Shown: piece after piece, positions 16,046 through 29,715 of the stretch
Numbering within the stretch: the stretch's first letter is position 1
How the letters are laid out: the number at the start of each line of letters is the position of its first letter
Origin: Eledone cirrhosa
Lineage: Eukaryota
Length of the DNA: 64,000 nt
Direction of reading: 5' to 3'
Assembly (NCBI GenBank): GCA_964016885.1
Contig: OZ024743.1
Coordinates: forward strand, 73,594,001 to 73,658,000
The notes under the pieces: generated by a model
Told to the model about the DNA's origin: nothing
Seen by the model: the letters and a program-made list of their open reading frames with translations, nothing else
The model's database searches: none
Program-made: the position numbers and the translations under genes

Positions 16046-16950
16046 ATACTATACCAAACATATCAACGAAAAGATACCTAAAATATATCTAAATCAGAGA
16101 AGTATTTAAATATAGAATAACTTATGTAAAGTTACCGACCGATAGTGTATTAGTAAAGTCAACTTATATAAGAGAGTTTCACTCATATCTTTTCCCTGAC
16201 TGCAGTCTCTGGAATCAAGAAACAGCATTTGACCATACTAATAAAGACAATTAACATTGGCGTAGATCGAGCAAATAATGCAAGGTTCTAACCTTCCATT
16301 TATCCTTATAAAGAGTTATTTCTTCAAAGATATACTCTCAGGTCTTGAATAATCCCCCCTGCTTATTAATTTTCCAGAACCCCCCCCCCCCCCCCCCCCC
16401 CAACGCCCTCCTCCAACACCACCACCCGCTTATAAAATTTTGGTAGTCTATCTCCCGCGAAATTTTATTGTAAATGATTCATATTGATACAGTAGCTGGA
16501 GAATCTAATAATAATTTTATTTTACATTAAAAAACATTATAGATGACAAAATAAAAACTTTACAAGAACTCCCATATTTACAAACGAACACTATACAATT
16601 ACACCCCCCCCCCCTCCACCTAGTGGTTATCGCCTCCCCCTCCCTGTTATTTGTACATGGACTGAACATATATGTAATTATATCCTGGAAATGATTAATT
16701 AAAATATTCTTATTTTTAATCACTTCCGAGTGTTTATAATCAACATAAACTATGCAATCTATACAAACTTTAAGTTTATCAAAACGCAAATTTCCCAGTT
16801 TGAATGATTGTTGACATATTCGGTAATTCTGGTATATATTTCTGGTATATGTGGTATACTAATCCTGGATTCCAAACATACCTTCAATGCTATTACCGTC
16901 AATATTGACGGCGCCAGTTCACTAGTTTATATATATTGTGCAATAAGCAA

Positions 16951-17002
16951 CGTCCTCCGGGGAAACGCCTTCCCCATTCTGTCCGCCGGGGCTGTGGGGA
17001 GA
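16951..17002 (+). mobile_element. CRE-like LINE 3' fragment
   Basis: CGTCCTCCGGGGAAACGCCT...CCGCCGGGGCTGTGGGGAG, shared with 35687-35740. Confidence 0.55.
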
Positions 17003-17043
17003 CCACCAATATGATTGACTGACTTGTCATTTTATCAGTCAGA

Positions 17044-18128
17044 CTAGCAGTAAAGCCCGGCGTTGCTCGGGGTCGCTCAGTAGTTGTGTTAAAGTTACAA
17101 TGTTAAGTTTCTTTTTTGGCTTAAAAACTGTAGTGTCTACTGTGCAGACTTGCATGTGGTGTTTTTGATTAATATTCCCTCAACCAACAATATGCCTTAT
17201 GAAGTTAAGAAAACATAACGATAACCCAAATGTTATAACAAAAGAGGATGCTGGGGATAAAAACTGCACTGGTTATTTATTAACAAAGATCGAAAATGTA
17301 AACACTGCAACGCAGAGAAAAACATTAGCGTAACCAAATGATCAGTTATGTCTGTCTGCACGCCTATATCACCTCTCTACACGACTATCTGTCTGCACGC
17401 GTATATCACCTCTCTGCACGACTATCTGTCTGCACGCGTATATCACCTCTCTGCACGACTATCTGTCTGCACGCGTATATCACCTCTCTGCACGCCTAAC
17501 GAAATTTACAGATACATATATTTTAAATAAACTTATATAATTTTTGCTTTTTTTTACGAAATATTTGCTTGTTTTACGTAGTCTTTAAATAGACTTGTTT
17601 TCAAGTAAAAATATTGTTTTAAAAGGCTTTTAAATGGAAATGAAGCAAAACGGAAGCATAGTGCTCGAACTGATGAATTTTGCAGGTCAAAATTTTGCTG
17701 GCTCGACAACTGTTCGTGTATTGTGTTAATGTCATTTTAAACGCTGAGAAAGCCAGCGTAATTTTTTTTATTTTTGCACGCAGAAAATGTAAACAGAACG
17801 TAAGACGCTACGCTGAATGTAAACAGAACAAAGGGAAATCATTTTTTTAATTTTTGCACGCAGAAAATGTAAAGAGAACGTAAGACGCTACGCTGAATGT
17901 AAAAAGAACAAAGGGAAATAACTGATCACTTACGCTCAAAAATCGATACATTATATTCGATTTCGTCAGATAGGGCGGGTCAATTTGAAATATTTTTTTT
18001 CCGATGTCTTCGCTAGGGCTCAATGTACAAGTATAGCAATTTCGGTGCAATTCCGTGAGAGATTCTAAGAGGAGATGTGTGCCAAAAATCGATAGACAGA
18101 CAGACAACCGCAGTTTTATATATATAGA
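17044..18128 (-). mobile_element. Non-autonomous Helitron
   Basis: Minus strand 5' TCTATATATATAAAACTGCGGTTGTCTGTCTG; 3' hairpin CCCGAGCAACGCCGGG...CTAG; A|T target. Contains a 37-bp x4 repeat (17348-17494) and an ~81-bp x2 repeat (17762-17920). Confidence 0.8.
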
Positions 18129-18339
18129 TGTTCTAATGATTCTAAAACAACTAGACTATGCCATAAATACATACTTGTACAGAAGCAATACAGAATTTAA
18201 CCAATGTTGCGACAATATATAAATATACACAGGCGTTTATATAGGAGGCATGTTTTATACCAGTCATGGGTATAGTGCGGCCCGTTTGGCGTTCTGAATA
18301 GTATGCATAACTTCAAAATTGCCTTGAATTGGTTAGTAG

Positions 18340-19325
18340 TGCGGCCCGCCTTATGATGAGACGCAGACTGTGTGGTCCGCCTTATGATGAGACACAGACA
18401 ATGTGGCCCGCCTATGATGAGACACATACTATGTGACTTGCCTTATGATGAGACACAGACTATGCGGCCCGCCTATGATGAGACACATACTATGTGGATT
18501 GCCTTATGATGAGGCACATACTATGTGGCTTGCCTTATGATGAGGCACATTCTATGTGGTCCGTCTTATGATGAGACAGACTATGTGGTTCGCCTTATGA
18601 TGAGACACATACTATGTGGCCCGCCTATGATGACACACATACTATGTGGCTTGTCTTATAATGAGACACATACTATGTGGCCCGCCTTATGATGAGACAC
18701 ATACTATGTGGCCTGCCTTATGATGAGGCATATTCTATGTGGCCCGCCTTATGATGAGACACAGACTATGTGGTCCGCCTTATTATGAGACACAGATAAT
18801 GTGGCCCGCCTATGATGACACACATACTATGTGGCCTGCCTTATGATGAGACACATACTATGTGGCCCGCCTATGATGAGACACATACTATGTGGATTGC
18901 CTTATGATGAGGCACATACTATGTGGCTTGCCTTATGATGAGGCACATTCTATGTGGTCCGTCTTATGATGAGACAGACTATGTGGTTCGCCTTATGATG
19001 AGACACATACTATGTGGCCCGCCTATGATGACACACATACTATGTGGCTTGTCTTATAATGAGACACATACTATGTGGCCCGCCTTATGATGAGACACAT
19101 ACTATGTGGCCTGCCTTATGATGAGGCATATTCTATGTGGCCCGCCTTATGATGAGACACAGACTATGTGGTCCGCCTTATTATGAGACACAGATAATGT
19201 GGCCCGCCTATGATGACACACATACTATGTGGCCTGCCTTATGATGAGACACATACTATGTGGCCCGCCTTATGATGAGACACATACTATGTGGCCCACC
19301 TTATGATGAGACACATACTATGTGA
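18340..19325. repeat. 30/31-bp minisatellite, ~32 copies
   Basis: Unit TATGATGAGACACATACTATGTGGCCCGCCT. Confidence 0.95.
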
Positions 19326-20344
19326 TCCACTGCACGAAAAAGGTTGCCCATACCAATCTTTTACGTAGATTGAAAACAAAATTAAGAGTTTCGACTCCTA
19401 CAATACCAGGAATTATCGATAAACTATGTTGTTCGAGACATTTGGTGGAGGTAGGTCACTGACAATGAGGTTCTTGTCATTGTTGGCGGCTCACCTGATC
19501 GATATATGTGTGAAGGTATGTATCACTGTTTAGCGGTGTGTGTACATGTGTGTGTTTGTGTGAGGGTGTGTCACTGTACATTTGTAAGTATGTTTTTGTA
19601 TGTAGATATGTGGGCGTGTGTCTGTGTGTGTGTTTTGTGTATGTGTGAGAGTGTATGTGTGACTGTACATCTGCATATATGATTTTGTATGAATGTGTGT
19701 GTTTGTGTGTGACTGCACATCTGTGTGTGTATTGTGTACTACAATGTATTGTAGTGTTTACCAGACCTCACCGTTCTGGTTTGGTAGGTCTATTGTTTCG
19801 TTCTCTGCTTAAACAAACATATCTATCTAACAATTGTCCGGTCTATTTATTCAAGTCGTTGACCGCCCAGTTAGCCACCGGCTGGCCAATCCCTACAATA
19901 GTTCATAACGGGCCTAACTATAATCTTCACAACGATGAATAGTAAATAAAATATTTCCCATGAAGAAAACAACCTGTCATAAGTTTATATCAAACGCTTG
20001 ATAGATTCAAGAGAACTTTCTAGAATCATGAGAGTCACTTAGAATTAAGATAATCTGCTATATTTATTAGAAATTTCTAGAAACACGACGAGAAAGTTCT
20101 TCATTGAAAGGAATATGCTTTGGTTGTATATATATATTTCTTTCTTATTTGATATTTGTTATCCATTATTTATTTTCACGATAGAATATTGAATTCCTTG
20201 CGTGATGGTCCATTCCTGTTGAAGAAAGTTTGCCCAGAATCTCAATGATAATATTTTCTCCAATGTAAAAGCAACCACTCTTAGAGAGGGGGTATCTATA
20301 TACAGGGATCTATGAGTGGCTTCTTGTCGTCATGCCATTTACCA

Positions 20345-20472
20345 GTAAACAGCCGAACTTCCACTGTCATCGCCTCCCTCTCTCTGGCCCTCCCCATCTC
20401 TACGTATGGTGAGAAAATGGGGTCCACGTGCTGGCCTCCCCACAGCCCCGGCGTTTCCCCGGAGGATGGTGA
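20345..20472 (-). mobile_element. CRE-like LINE 3' fragment
   Basis: Reverse complement of parts of 35685-35800 (CCTCCGGGGAAACGCC, GGGGCTGTGGGGAGGCCAGCACGTGG, GAGATGGGGAGGGC). Confidence 0.6.
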
Positions 20473-21129
20473 GGAATATGCTATATTTAATTTCAAAGAG
20501 ATACTACTGGCTAACGTATAAACACTTGAAATTGCTTAATAATGGGACATCAGCGCTCAGCTTCTGTATGGCAGCTGGGTTTGTGGGGACAAAGCCCTAG
20601 TTCTCTTCAATATATCTATAAATGTCGTGATTAAATAGGCAACACTATATTAGGCTGCCTGAGATATAATCCCCAAACTGTTATTTTTCATGGAGCAGAG
20701 TTGGTGCCTACTCACTTGTTGTTAGAAGTTTCTAGAAAACGTTAACTGCTAACTGTTCAGTTTAAATACAAAAGAACACAGCATGGTGTTTGGCTTCCAC
20801 CGTGGGTAAAACAATTAAAATCGTTAAAAACAAGGATTAAAAACTCGAAAAAGAAGCAAAACAATTACCATAATAGTATCACAGTCAAACAGATTTAACA
20901 AATGAGACAGTTATATAGATGGGTTACATTCACAAGAGGGAGTAGAGCATGGAACGACTTGATCTTTCGAAAATAATAATAGAGTTATGAGCTTCAGATT
21001 ACATTAGGATTTTACAATATTTGATACAGAGTGGTGGGGAATTATATAATCCTTAGAGTCAGCTTTACTGGGATAAGCACCGATTGATCCTTCCCATTTA
21101 AAGAGAGTATGGTTAGAACGCTGGAGGCT

Positions 21130-21390
21130 CGTGGTTTTGTAGTAAAGGTGTTACACTTACGATCATATTGACGTGGGTTCAATTCCTGGGCTGGGTTGTG
21201 TGTTGTGTTCTTGAGCAAAACATTTCATTTCACGTTTCTCCAATATACTCAGCTGAAAAAAATGCGTACCAGCAATAGCTGGAGGTGTAACCCTGCGATG
21301 GACTGGCATCCTGTCCAGGGGGGGGGGGGGGGTTCTCTCAGTCGCTTCACGCCAAGAAACCGGAATAAGCGCCGGCCAGACGAACATCTT
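21130..21390 (+). mobile_element. SINE family 2
   Basis: GGGTTCAATTCC, TGTGTTCTTGAGCAAAACA and CCCTGCGATGGACTGGCATCCTGTCCAGGGG. Confidence 0.8.
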
Positions 21391-21954
21391 GATATGAGCC
21401 AGACTTTAGAGTTAGATAGACTCAGCTACTGGAGTGCCATGTGGAAAAGGTTTCCTATTTACAGATAGTTTAATAAATGTAAAGGTACATCTATTAAGGA
21501 AAAAAAAGTCAGAGATATTGAGAGTGTTCTGTCAAGTGTAGTTAACTATTTATCAGAAAAATAATAAAGAAATAACAATGATTTGGATATCAAGCCATAA
21601 ATATTTGGGAGGAATAGTAAAGCAGATGAATCAACAAAAGAAACAATAGATATAGACTTCATTTCAAATCTATCGCAAGTGAATCTATTTAGTACAAATA
21701 TAATTTGTAAAGGGTGGTAACAATTTGCGGAAGAATCTAGTGATAAGCTCTCAAATTTCAATCCACCACTTTCTCAGCCAGATCTGTCAACATTTAAAAC
21801 ATCAGACACTGAATAATTTTAATAAACAAAGTCTATGCTGGCTTCGGACAAGCCATATACCATTGAATTATATTTTATCATGAACAGGTCATAAAGAAAC
21901 ATTATGTTCTTGTGAAGACTGGTCAGAAACTGTTTGGCATTATTTATTTTAATG

Positions 21955-22137
21955 TATTGGCAGTATCAGTAGAGGGTCGGACGCCATGCTTTCCAGCGTA
22001 GTTACGTCCCTTTACGATATGAGTTCCAATCCCGCCGAGGTTGACTTTACCTTTCATCCTTACGGGGTCGATAAAATAAAGTACCAGTAATGCACTGGTA
22101 ATTGCTGGCCTTGTGCCAAAAGTAGAAACAATTATTT
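21955..22137 (+). mobile_element. SINE family 1
   Basis: Full-length match to the family, flanked by TTATT..TTTTAATGTA direct repeats. Confidence 0.85.
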
Positions 22138-22147
22138 GTTTTAATGT

Positions 22148-22436
22148 AGAAACTACCAGTCTAAGAGAGGGGACATCTTGAAACTAATCCCCCAAAAAAC
22201 TACCATGATTGGAAACACAATATATTGTGAAAGATCTACCAACAACAAACAAGATTGTTCAGGCTAGGAAAAGATTCAACAACAGAAACATTACCAGTCT
22301 GAGATAGAGGACATCTTGAAACTAATCATTAAAAAACTACCAAGATTGGAGATATAATATATTGTCATGGCTTTACCAACAATAAACAAGATCTTTCAGT
22401 ACATGGAGGCTAGGAAAAGATTCAACAACAGAAACC
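22148..22436. repeat. ~140-bp tandem duplication
   Basis: TACCAGTCT.AGA...GGACATCTTGAAACTAATC...AGGCTAGGAAAAGATTCAACAACAGAAAC occurs twice. Confidence 0.85.
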
Positions 22437-22654
22437 TTCAGCTGCTTTACAACTGCCCTTGTTTTTTTTACTTTTTTTAAAATCGTATTTATGTTTGTTT
22501 TGCTTCCTACTGGCCTTCCTTTCTTATTATCACTACCTACCCTAGCCTGCCATGGCTCAATAGCTCTATACGGAGGTTTACATTGATTAAATAAGTAAGA
22601 AAATAAATACATACATAAATAAATAAATGAATAATGAAATAAATAAATAAATAA

Positions 22655-23430
22655 ATAACCATTATAAATTCATTTGTTGGCCACAAGGGCCGACATGTAG
22701 GGGACAATACAAAGACAGGGACAGTGGGGGTTTACAATAAGCTCGAGTAAAAGTGCACAATGGTAAGACTAATTTAACAATGAAGATATAAAAAAATATA
22801 AAATAAACTATGCATAAATATAACAAAATAAATTCCCCGATAGGAGGAACGGGGTGGACGACCCAGGGGTGACTGAGGTACCCCACCAATCCTGAACCAC
22901 CCTGCGCTTCTAGGGTATCCGGGAAGGGCACCCCTCTCCTCCTCAAATTAACCAGCCTACAGTCGTATGATCAGAGTAGGCCCACTCACCTGGGCCATTC
23001 TCGCCACATTCATCCACCTTTTAGCAAATATACTGAGGGGCAGTACTTCTCTCTCCACCCTCACCTTCCTTTCCAGGTGAAACTTGAAGAAGTTGATGAG
23101 GGATTGGCCGAAGAGAAAAGTGTCTGTCTTCAGTCCTTTCAACCTGGTCCACCATATAACTTCTTTCGCAACTGCCACCAAACAGAGGTAAAAATGCCTG
23201 CTCTTCCTGGCCAAAGGAAAGCGGCGGGTCGATCTTCACTATGGACTCGGCTGATAGCCGGATCCGTTCTACACGTGACAACAGTTGTTCGACATAACTC
23301 CACAAGTCAGTAATACACGGACTTTGCACAAGTGCGTGCAGAACGGTTTCGTCGCTCTGCGCTCATCTCGGACAGGCCCATCTGACAACACTTCCGTGCC
23401 TGTAGAGTTTATCCCGATCCGGCAGTGGTC
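22655..23430 (-). mobile_element. L1/Tx1-clade LINE 3' end (ORF2 C-terminus and 3' UTR)
   Basis: Degenerate CCHC knuckle CPR*AQSDETVLHALVQSP, then DLWSYV, AKEVIWWTR, FAKRW. The 3' UTR tip is repeated at 55989-56047(+). Confidence 0.75.
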
Positions 23431-23569
23431 CTGATGATATAAAGAAATAGTGAAATTTCTAGAAACATGACAAGAAAGGACTAGAATAAAAGAAATGGAC
23501 TCAACAAATATATCTGGAATAAAGAGAAACATTTAGAATCTGTAATAGATTGTTTTCAAAGGATACTGC

Positions 23570-23953
23570 TGCTGGTGGTGGTGGTGGTGGTAGTCATGGT
23601 GGTAGTGGTGGTAGTAGTAGTGGTGGTGGTGGTGGTAGTGGTGGTAGGCGTAGAAGTTGTCGTGTTGTTGTTGTGGTAGTAGTCATGGTGGTGGTGTCGG
23701 TAGTGGTAGTAGTGGTGATGGTGTTGTTGTTGTGGTGGTAGTAGTAGTGGTGGTAGTAGTGGTGGTGGTGGTGTCGGTGGTGGTAGTAGGAGTGATGGTG
23801 TTGTTGTTGTGGTGGTATTAGTAGTGGTGGTGGTAGTCATGGTGGTGTCGGTGGTGGTAGTAGTGGTGATGGTGTTGTTGTTGTGGTAGTAGTCATGGTG
23901 GTGGTGCTGGTGTTGTGGTGGTGGTGGTTAATCATGGTGGTGTTGCTGTTGTT

Positions 23954-23987
<34 letters not shown>

Positions 23988-23988
23988 C

Positions 23989-24052
<64 letters not shown>

Positions 24053-24055
24053 TGG
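23570..24055. repeat. (GGT/AGT/GTT)n compound trinucleotide microsatellite
   Basis: Direct reading. Confidence 0.95.
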
Positions 24056-24840
24056 TTGGGGGGCTGGGACGACAACATGCCACGCCTAGTAACTTTGAGG
24101 TGTTTCTGGTGCAGAATTTATACGGTCAAGCTTGACAGTTACGTGTTTGTGTGAGTGTATGTTTGTATGTGTGTGTATATGTGTGTGTGCGTGTGTGTGT
24201 TTGTATGTGTGTGTTTGTATGTGTGTGTATATGTGTGTGTGTGCGCGCGCGCTTGTATGTGTGTATATGTGTGTGCGTGTGTGTGTGTATATGTTTGTAT
24301 GTGTTTTTGTATGTGAGTGTATGTGTTTGTGTGTGTGCCTGTGTCTGTGTGTATATTTGTCTATGCCTTTGCCCACGTACGCATCATAGCACACGTAGAA
24401 TGCAAAGTACATATATATATATACGGTGCCCCAGCATGGCCTCGGCCGGATGGCTGGAACAGGTAAAAGAATAAAAGAGTATAGGAAAATGTTTTCCCCG
24501 GCGGCAGAGCTCAAGCCGTTTCGACGGCTATTTCTGGAAGGAGAGAGAGAGAGGAGGGAGAGAGTGAGAATGAGAGAGGGGGAGGGAGAGAGAGAGGGAG
24601 AGAGTGAGAGTCAAAGAGAGAGAGCGAGAGAGAGAGTTCCACAACAAATTACCAAACCATACTCGAGAACACACCTTTCACCCAACAGGTTCTGAACTCG
24701 AGTTAGGTTGTGGAACTAATTTTATTCCCAACTCGTCCTATGGACTGAGTGCTCTACTTACTACGGATATAACCTCCCGATTTTTTACAATACACTATAT
24801 ATATATATATACACACATATATATATATATATATATAGTA

Positions 24841-27044
24841 ATAATAATAAATTTGAAGACTAAAATCCAAAGAGGGCTCGATAAGGATAAATATATATTA
24901 AATATATAAGAACCGTAGAGCAAATATTTATTAAAATAACAGATTAAAGTTTAAGCAAAGAATCGCTGCTTTCACCCTTAACGGGATCTTGAGATCTTCT
25001 GAAACTAAAAAAATCAATCTGTGAACGCAGAAGTAAATATTTCGAAAAACGTTGCAACCGAAGGAAGACAAGAAGACGATACTTTGGTTCGTGGAGAGGC
25101 CAACCTCTCTGTCGTTAATTACCTCGACGTTACTCTCAATTTGTCGAATGGCTTGCACTATCCGTATAAAAGGCCGAATGATACTCTTAATTACATAAGT
25201 AAGCATTCTAACCATCCTGCCAGCATAACCAAGAACCTGGTAAGGAACTTTTCTTTGAGGCTTTCCCGTCTATCTACAAACGAGCATATTTTCACCGACC
25301 ATTCCACATATTACAATGAAGCTCTTGCTCGAAGTGGATTTGTCGATAAGGTAGCATATACCGAGTATGAGCATAGACCTAGGAAAAATAGATCCCGACG
25401 CATTATATGGTATAACCCACCATATAATATGGAGGTGGCCACACCATTAGCTAAGATCTTTCTCTCCCTTATTATAAAGCATTTCCCCCCAGCACATAAA
25501 TATAATAAAATTGTTAATAGAAATACCATTAAAATTTCTTACTCTACGACTCCTAATCTTGCACATAACATCACTGCTTCAAATTTAGCTAAATTACCTA
25601 GCCGTAGGAACACGTGCAACCCTGTAGCTAGTACTAACTGTAATTGTAGGAATCGGGTTGACTGCCCCATATCCGGGAAATGCCTCTTTAGTAACATTGT
25701 CTACAAATGTAAGGTTGAAACACCCACGTCCCGTAGGGCCTACATAGGGTTAACCGCCAATAGATTCAAGCAGCGTCTTTACATGCGTACCCATTCTTTT
25801 CTTAACCCTTTAAGAAGGAATATGACGTCACTTTCAGCTTATATCTGGAGTCTAAAAGACAACCACACCCAATATAGGTTACACTGATCATATAACGGAA
25901 ATAAAAGACCATGTGACCTCTGAGCCGCTGAAACCCTGGAAATACTCAACGCCAATGACCACATCTTAAACAAAAATCTGAGGCAATTTCGGCTTGTAAA
26001 CATAAATTGCACAAAACTTTCCTGTATTACAGCCCCACATTATACCCTAACGGATAGTACGAACTATACGCGGATAATTTACGTCTTGATGTGGTAGCTA
26101 AGTATATTTTATGTTTATACCATTACGTATTTGTATAGGTAAGTATATATTACCAGGATGTTTTGTGAAGGTACGTATACTTTCTCGTACGTATGTTTGC
26201 TTGTATTTGTTATAGGCGTATATATTATATGATATATACTGGTACATGGGTTATGGTTATGTGTATACGTGAGTTTTGCATTTGTGTGTATATGCGGGTT
26301 TGCACGTATGTAGGGTGTGTGTATATGTGTACTTTGTGTTTAGGTTGACGTACGTTTCGAGAACATATGTGTATTTACATGTAGGTATGTGTGTGCGCGT
26401 TGTTATATTCATATTTATGTGTGTATATTTATATACGTTTATATAATTATATGTCTACACGCACACACACGCACACACACACATATATATATATTTTTTT
26501 ATATATCTTTTATGTGTATTTGGTGTATACGTTCGTATGTGTGCGGGAACAGACGTTGCGTGGGTTTTTGTATGTGTGCGCGTGTTTTTGTGTACGCGCC
26601 TGTATTTGCATACCCATAGCGGGTGTTTTCGCGTATGCATGTGTATGTACGTATATGGATGCGTGCATGTATATATTTAATTATTGTTGATTTCAATAAC
26701 CTCTTTATTGTATTTATATTATTCTTAACTCTGAAGCCGAGAATCATTCGGTTTCCTAAATAGAATTTTAGTCTACGACTTCATTTATACCATAAACGTG
26801 GTTTTGTCTTTGCGTGTAATTGTTCTCAGCGCTCCAAACAATGACGTATTATCTTCGTTTTTTCCGTTTTTTGCCAGGGAACGTCTCCACGAACCCAAGT
26901 ATCGTCTTACTGTCTTCCTTCGGTTGCAACGTTTTTTTAGAAATATTTACTTCTGCGTTCACAGATTGACTTTTTAGTTTCAGAAGATCCCGTTAAGGGT
27001 GAAAGCAGCGATTCTTTGCTTAAACTTTAATCTGTTATTTTAAT
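24841..27044 (+). mobile_element. Penelope-like retroelement (Naiad-type) copy 2 with inverted terminal copy
   Basis: 24931-25097 is the reverse complement of 26884-27044. Flanked by (TA)n; encloses RT-thumb, linker and GIY-YIG coding sequence. Confidence 0.9.
25110..26050 (+). pseudogene. PLE RT C-terminus/thumb + GIY-YIG endonuclease remnant
   Basis: NYLDVTLNL, PYKRPND, SNHP, IIWYNPPY, KISYS, CNC-x5-CPISGKC, VYKC, YIG, FKQR, SLSAYIWSLK, then PCDL[TGA 25921]AAETLEI and a frameshifted LNK..E..ACKH. Confidence 0.9.
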
Positions 27045-27067
27045 TAATATATATAGATATCTTAGTA

Positions 27068-27490
27068 TTAGATTCTTCCGCGCCGTTCGGCGCATCGAGC
27101 AGTAAGTACTCGCCAACGGTCACGATCAGCGGCAACTTTTTCGAGACCGTGCCAGGTGATGTTGGCTGCCATCAGGTTCTTCCGGAACGTTCGTCGCCAG
27201 GTGATCCTTGGGCAACCCTGCCTCCGTTTACCGTCAGGCGGAGTCCAGTTTATCGCTGTTTTCGAATGCCGTTCATTTGGCAGACGCAGAATATGGCCAG
27301 CCAGACGGCACCGACGCTCCGTGACCACTCTCTATAGCACCCACGACTCGGCTCTCCGCAGGATCTCCTCGTTTCGCACTCGGTCGCGCCAGGACACACG
27401 AAGGATCTTTCGCAGGCACCGCTGGTGTTCAGTCGTTCAGCCGTCTCTCTATTTCTGCCGTACACTTCCAGGTCACGCCGGACGCCTCAT
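27068..27490 (-). mobile_element. RTE-clade LINE 3' end
   Basis: RRCRLAGHILRLPNERHSKTAINWTPPDGKRRQGCPRITWRRT...AADRDRWR, a typical RTE ORF C-terminus. Confidence 0.85.
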
Positions 27491-27632
27491 CGTGGCGAAG
27501 GGGGTGCCAACCACTAATCTCAGTGGGCAAAGAATCGGCAAATACAGGCGGCAGGCGTCGGGTTAGCAACCCGGCACTGCTGTAAAAATTATAACCGCTA
27601 ACGAAACAACAAGAAAAGCCAACAATACACAT

Positions 27633-27720
<88 letters not shown>

Positions 27721-27725
27721 GCACA

Positions 27726-27761
<36 letters not shown>

Positions 27762-27768
27762 CACATGC

Positions 27769-27801
<33 letters not shown>

Positions 27802-27828
27802 CGTGTGTATGTATATATATACACGCCC

Positions 27829-27849
<21 letters not shown>

Positions 27850-27860
<11 letters not shown>

Positions 27861-28642
27861 TTTGTGAAATGGGTAGTGGTTGAAATTCAGATGTACACGG
27901 TTAAATGGTAGTAGACGTGGTCGGATGGACATGAAAATTTACACACCTATGTAAAAAGTGCGAAGGAAGCAAATAGACGAGGTTTCAAATCTCTAACTTG
28001 AAAAATGTCGTCCCTAGGGCCCCCAAACTGTCTATTTACTATCGCGTTCGGTGAGTTATTTACAATTTCATACACATTTTTAAACTCAACAACGTTCTTT
28101 CGCTGTTAACATACTGTACCAATAATTTGAAAAATATTATTGAAAGTTTATTATAAAGAAGCAGTTTCAGGAAAAAGTGTAAACTATCATACAAACCTTC
28201 ATAATATGCATTTGTAAACTTGCATATCATCGACATTGCTATTTCGCTGTTAATAAACTATCATCCTTCTACATTTAACGATCATACAGTATCGTCTTAT
28301 GAAATCGAATCTGCAGTACGGTCACTGTTTTCCATCAAAAGAAATAAAACCCTTAAATTACGAAGAAGGGACGCGTGTTTTTATTTTAATTCTAATACAT
28401 GTTAACCACCACTAACAGTAAGTAGTATTTTTCAAATTGCATATCATCGACATTGCTATTTCGCTGTTAATAAACAACGCTTTTCACGTCGCTTCACTTC
28501 TCATTGTACGCCGTCCAGCCCCAAGTGCATATTTCTATATTTTTCCCTCAAACTGCTTCGTTATAATAAACTTTCAATAATATTTTTCAAATTATTAACT
28601 TAATAAAAAGTGGCCCCGGGTCCAACCGGGCTCAGCTGCTAG
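27850..28642 (+). mobile_element. Helitron-like non-autonomous element with internal inverted repeat
   Basis: 3' CCCGGGTCCAACCGGG...CTAG|T at 28615-28643. Internal IR 28121-28176/28541-28596 and direct repeat 28220/28437. The 5' end is uncertain. Confidence 0.55.
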
Positions 28643-29526
28643 TATATATATATAATTATAAATGACAAACATGACAAACAAACAAACAAACGCAGGAGTC
28701 AATGGTACATAGTGTTATTAGCTTCACGTTTGGTGAGAGTGGTAGGGAGTGTGTTGTTTATGACATTTCAGACATAAGTCCTTAAATATACATACATATA
28801 TATATATATATACACAGGTGTGTAGTTTTGACTATTAATGAGTGTGCAATAATTTGTGCAGGATTAACTTTCCTGTTTTTGTGTATGTTTGAATATACAC
28901 ATACAGAAGCACAAAAACACATACACATATACACGTATTCACAGAGGCACATACACACGTATACATATACAAACATTTACAGAAGCACATACACATACAC
29001 ATATACACATATACAGAAGCACATACAGAGGCACATACACATATATAAATATATACACAAATACAGAAGCACATAGACATATACACATATACAGAAGCAC
29101 ATACAGAGGCACATACACATACATATATACACAAATACAGAAGCACATACAGAGGCACATACACACATACATATACACACAAATACAGAAACACATGCAC
29201 ACATATACACATATACACACAGACATAAACACAACACACACATATACAACTATTTACAAATACAAAAGGTAAACTCAATAAAATATCACAGGTGATAACA
29301 GCCAAATTTATTGCACCATAACTGGGAATTTGCTCTACTGTACTAAACTAGGAAATGTTAATCAATATAAAAATATTGTTAGCTAACTTTACGTTTATGT
29401 AGTATACACTACGTTTTGTTAACTATGTTTAACTTTATATACTAAACATATCTTTATATACTGTATATTGATAGTTTAACAATATATTAACTTTGAAATG
29501 TGTGCGTTTCAACGCAAATGACCATA

Positions 29527-29715
29527 ATAATTGTTTCTACTTTTGGCACAAAGCCAGCAATTAACCCAGTGCATTACTGGTACTATATTTTATCGACCCC
29601 GTAAGGATGAAAGGCAAAGTTTACCTCGGCTGTATTTGAACTCATATTGTAAAGGGGCGTAACTCTATGCTGCAACGCATGGCGTCCGACCCTTTACCGA
29701 TACTGCCAATCCACC
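29527..29715 (-). mobile_element. SINE family 1
   Basis: Full-length family match. Confidence 0.85.

Noticed and set aside
25021-25109. N-terminus of the 288-aa ORF
   Set aside because: It lies in the inverted terminal arm and is a fortuitous in-frame extension of a 5'-truncated RT.
25885-25887. TGA as a second recoding site (also at ~44156 in copy 3)
   Set aside because: It aligns with Trp (TGG in copy 1), and a single transition explains it; retained only as a caveat to the Sec hypothesis.
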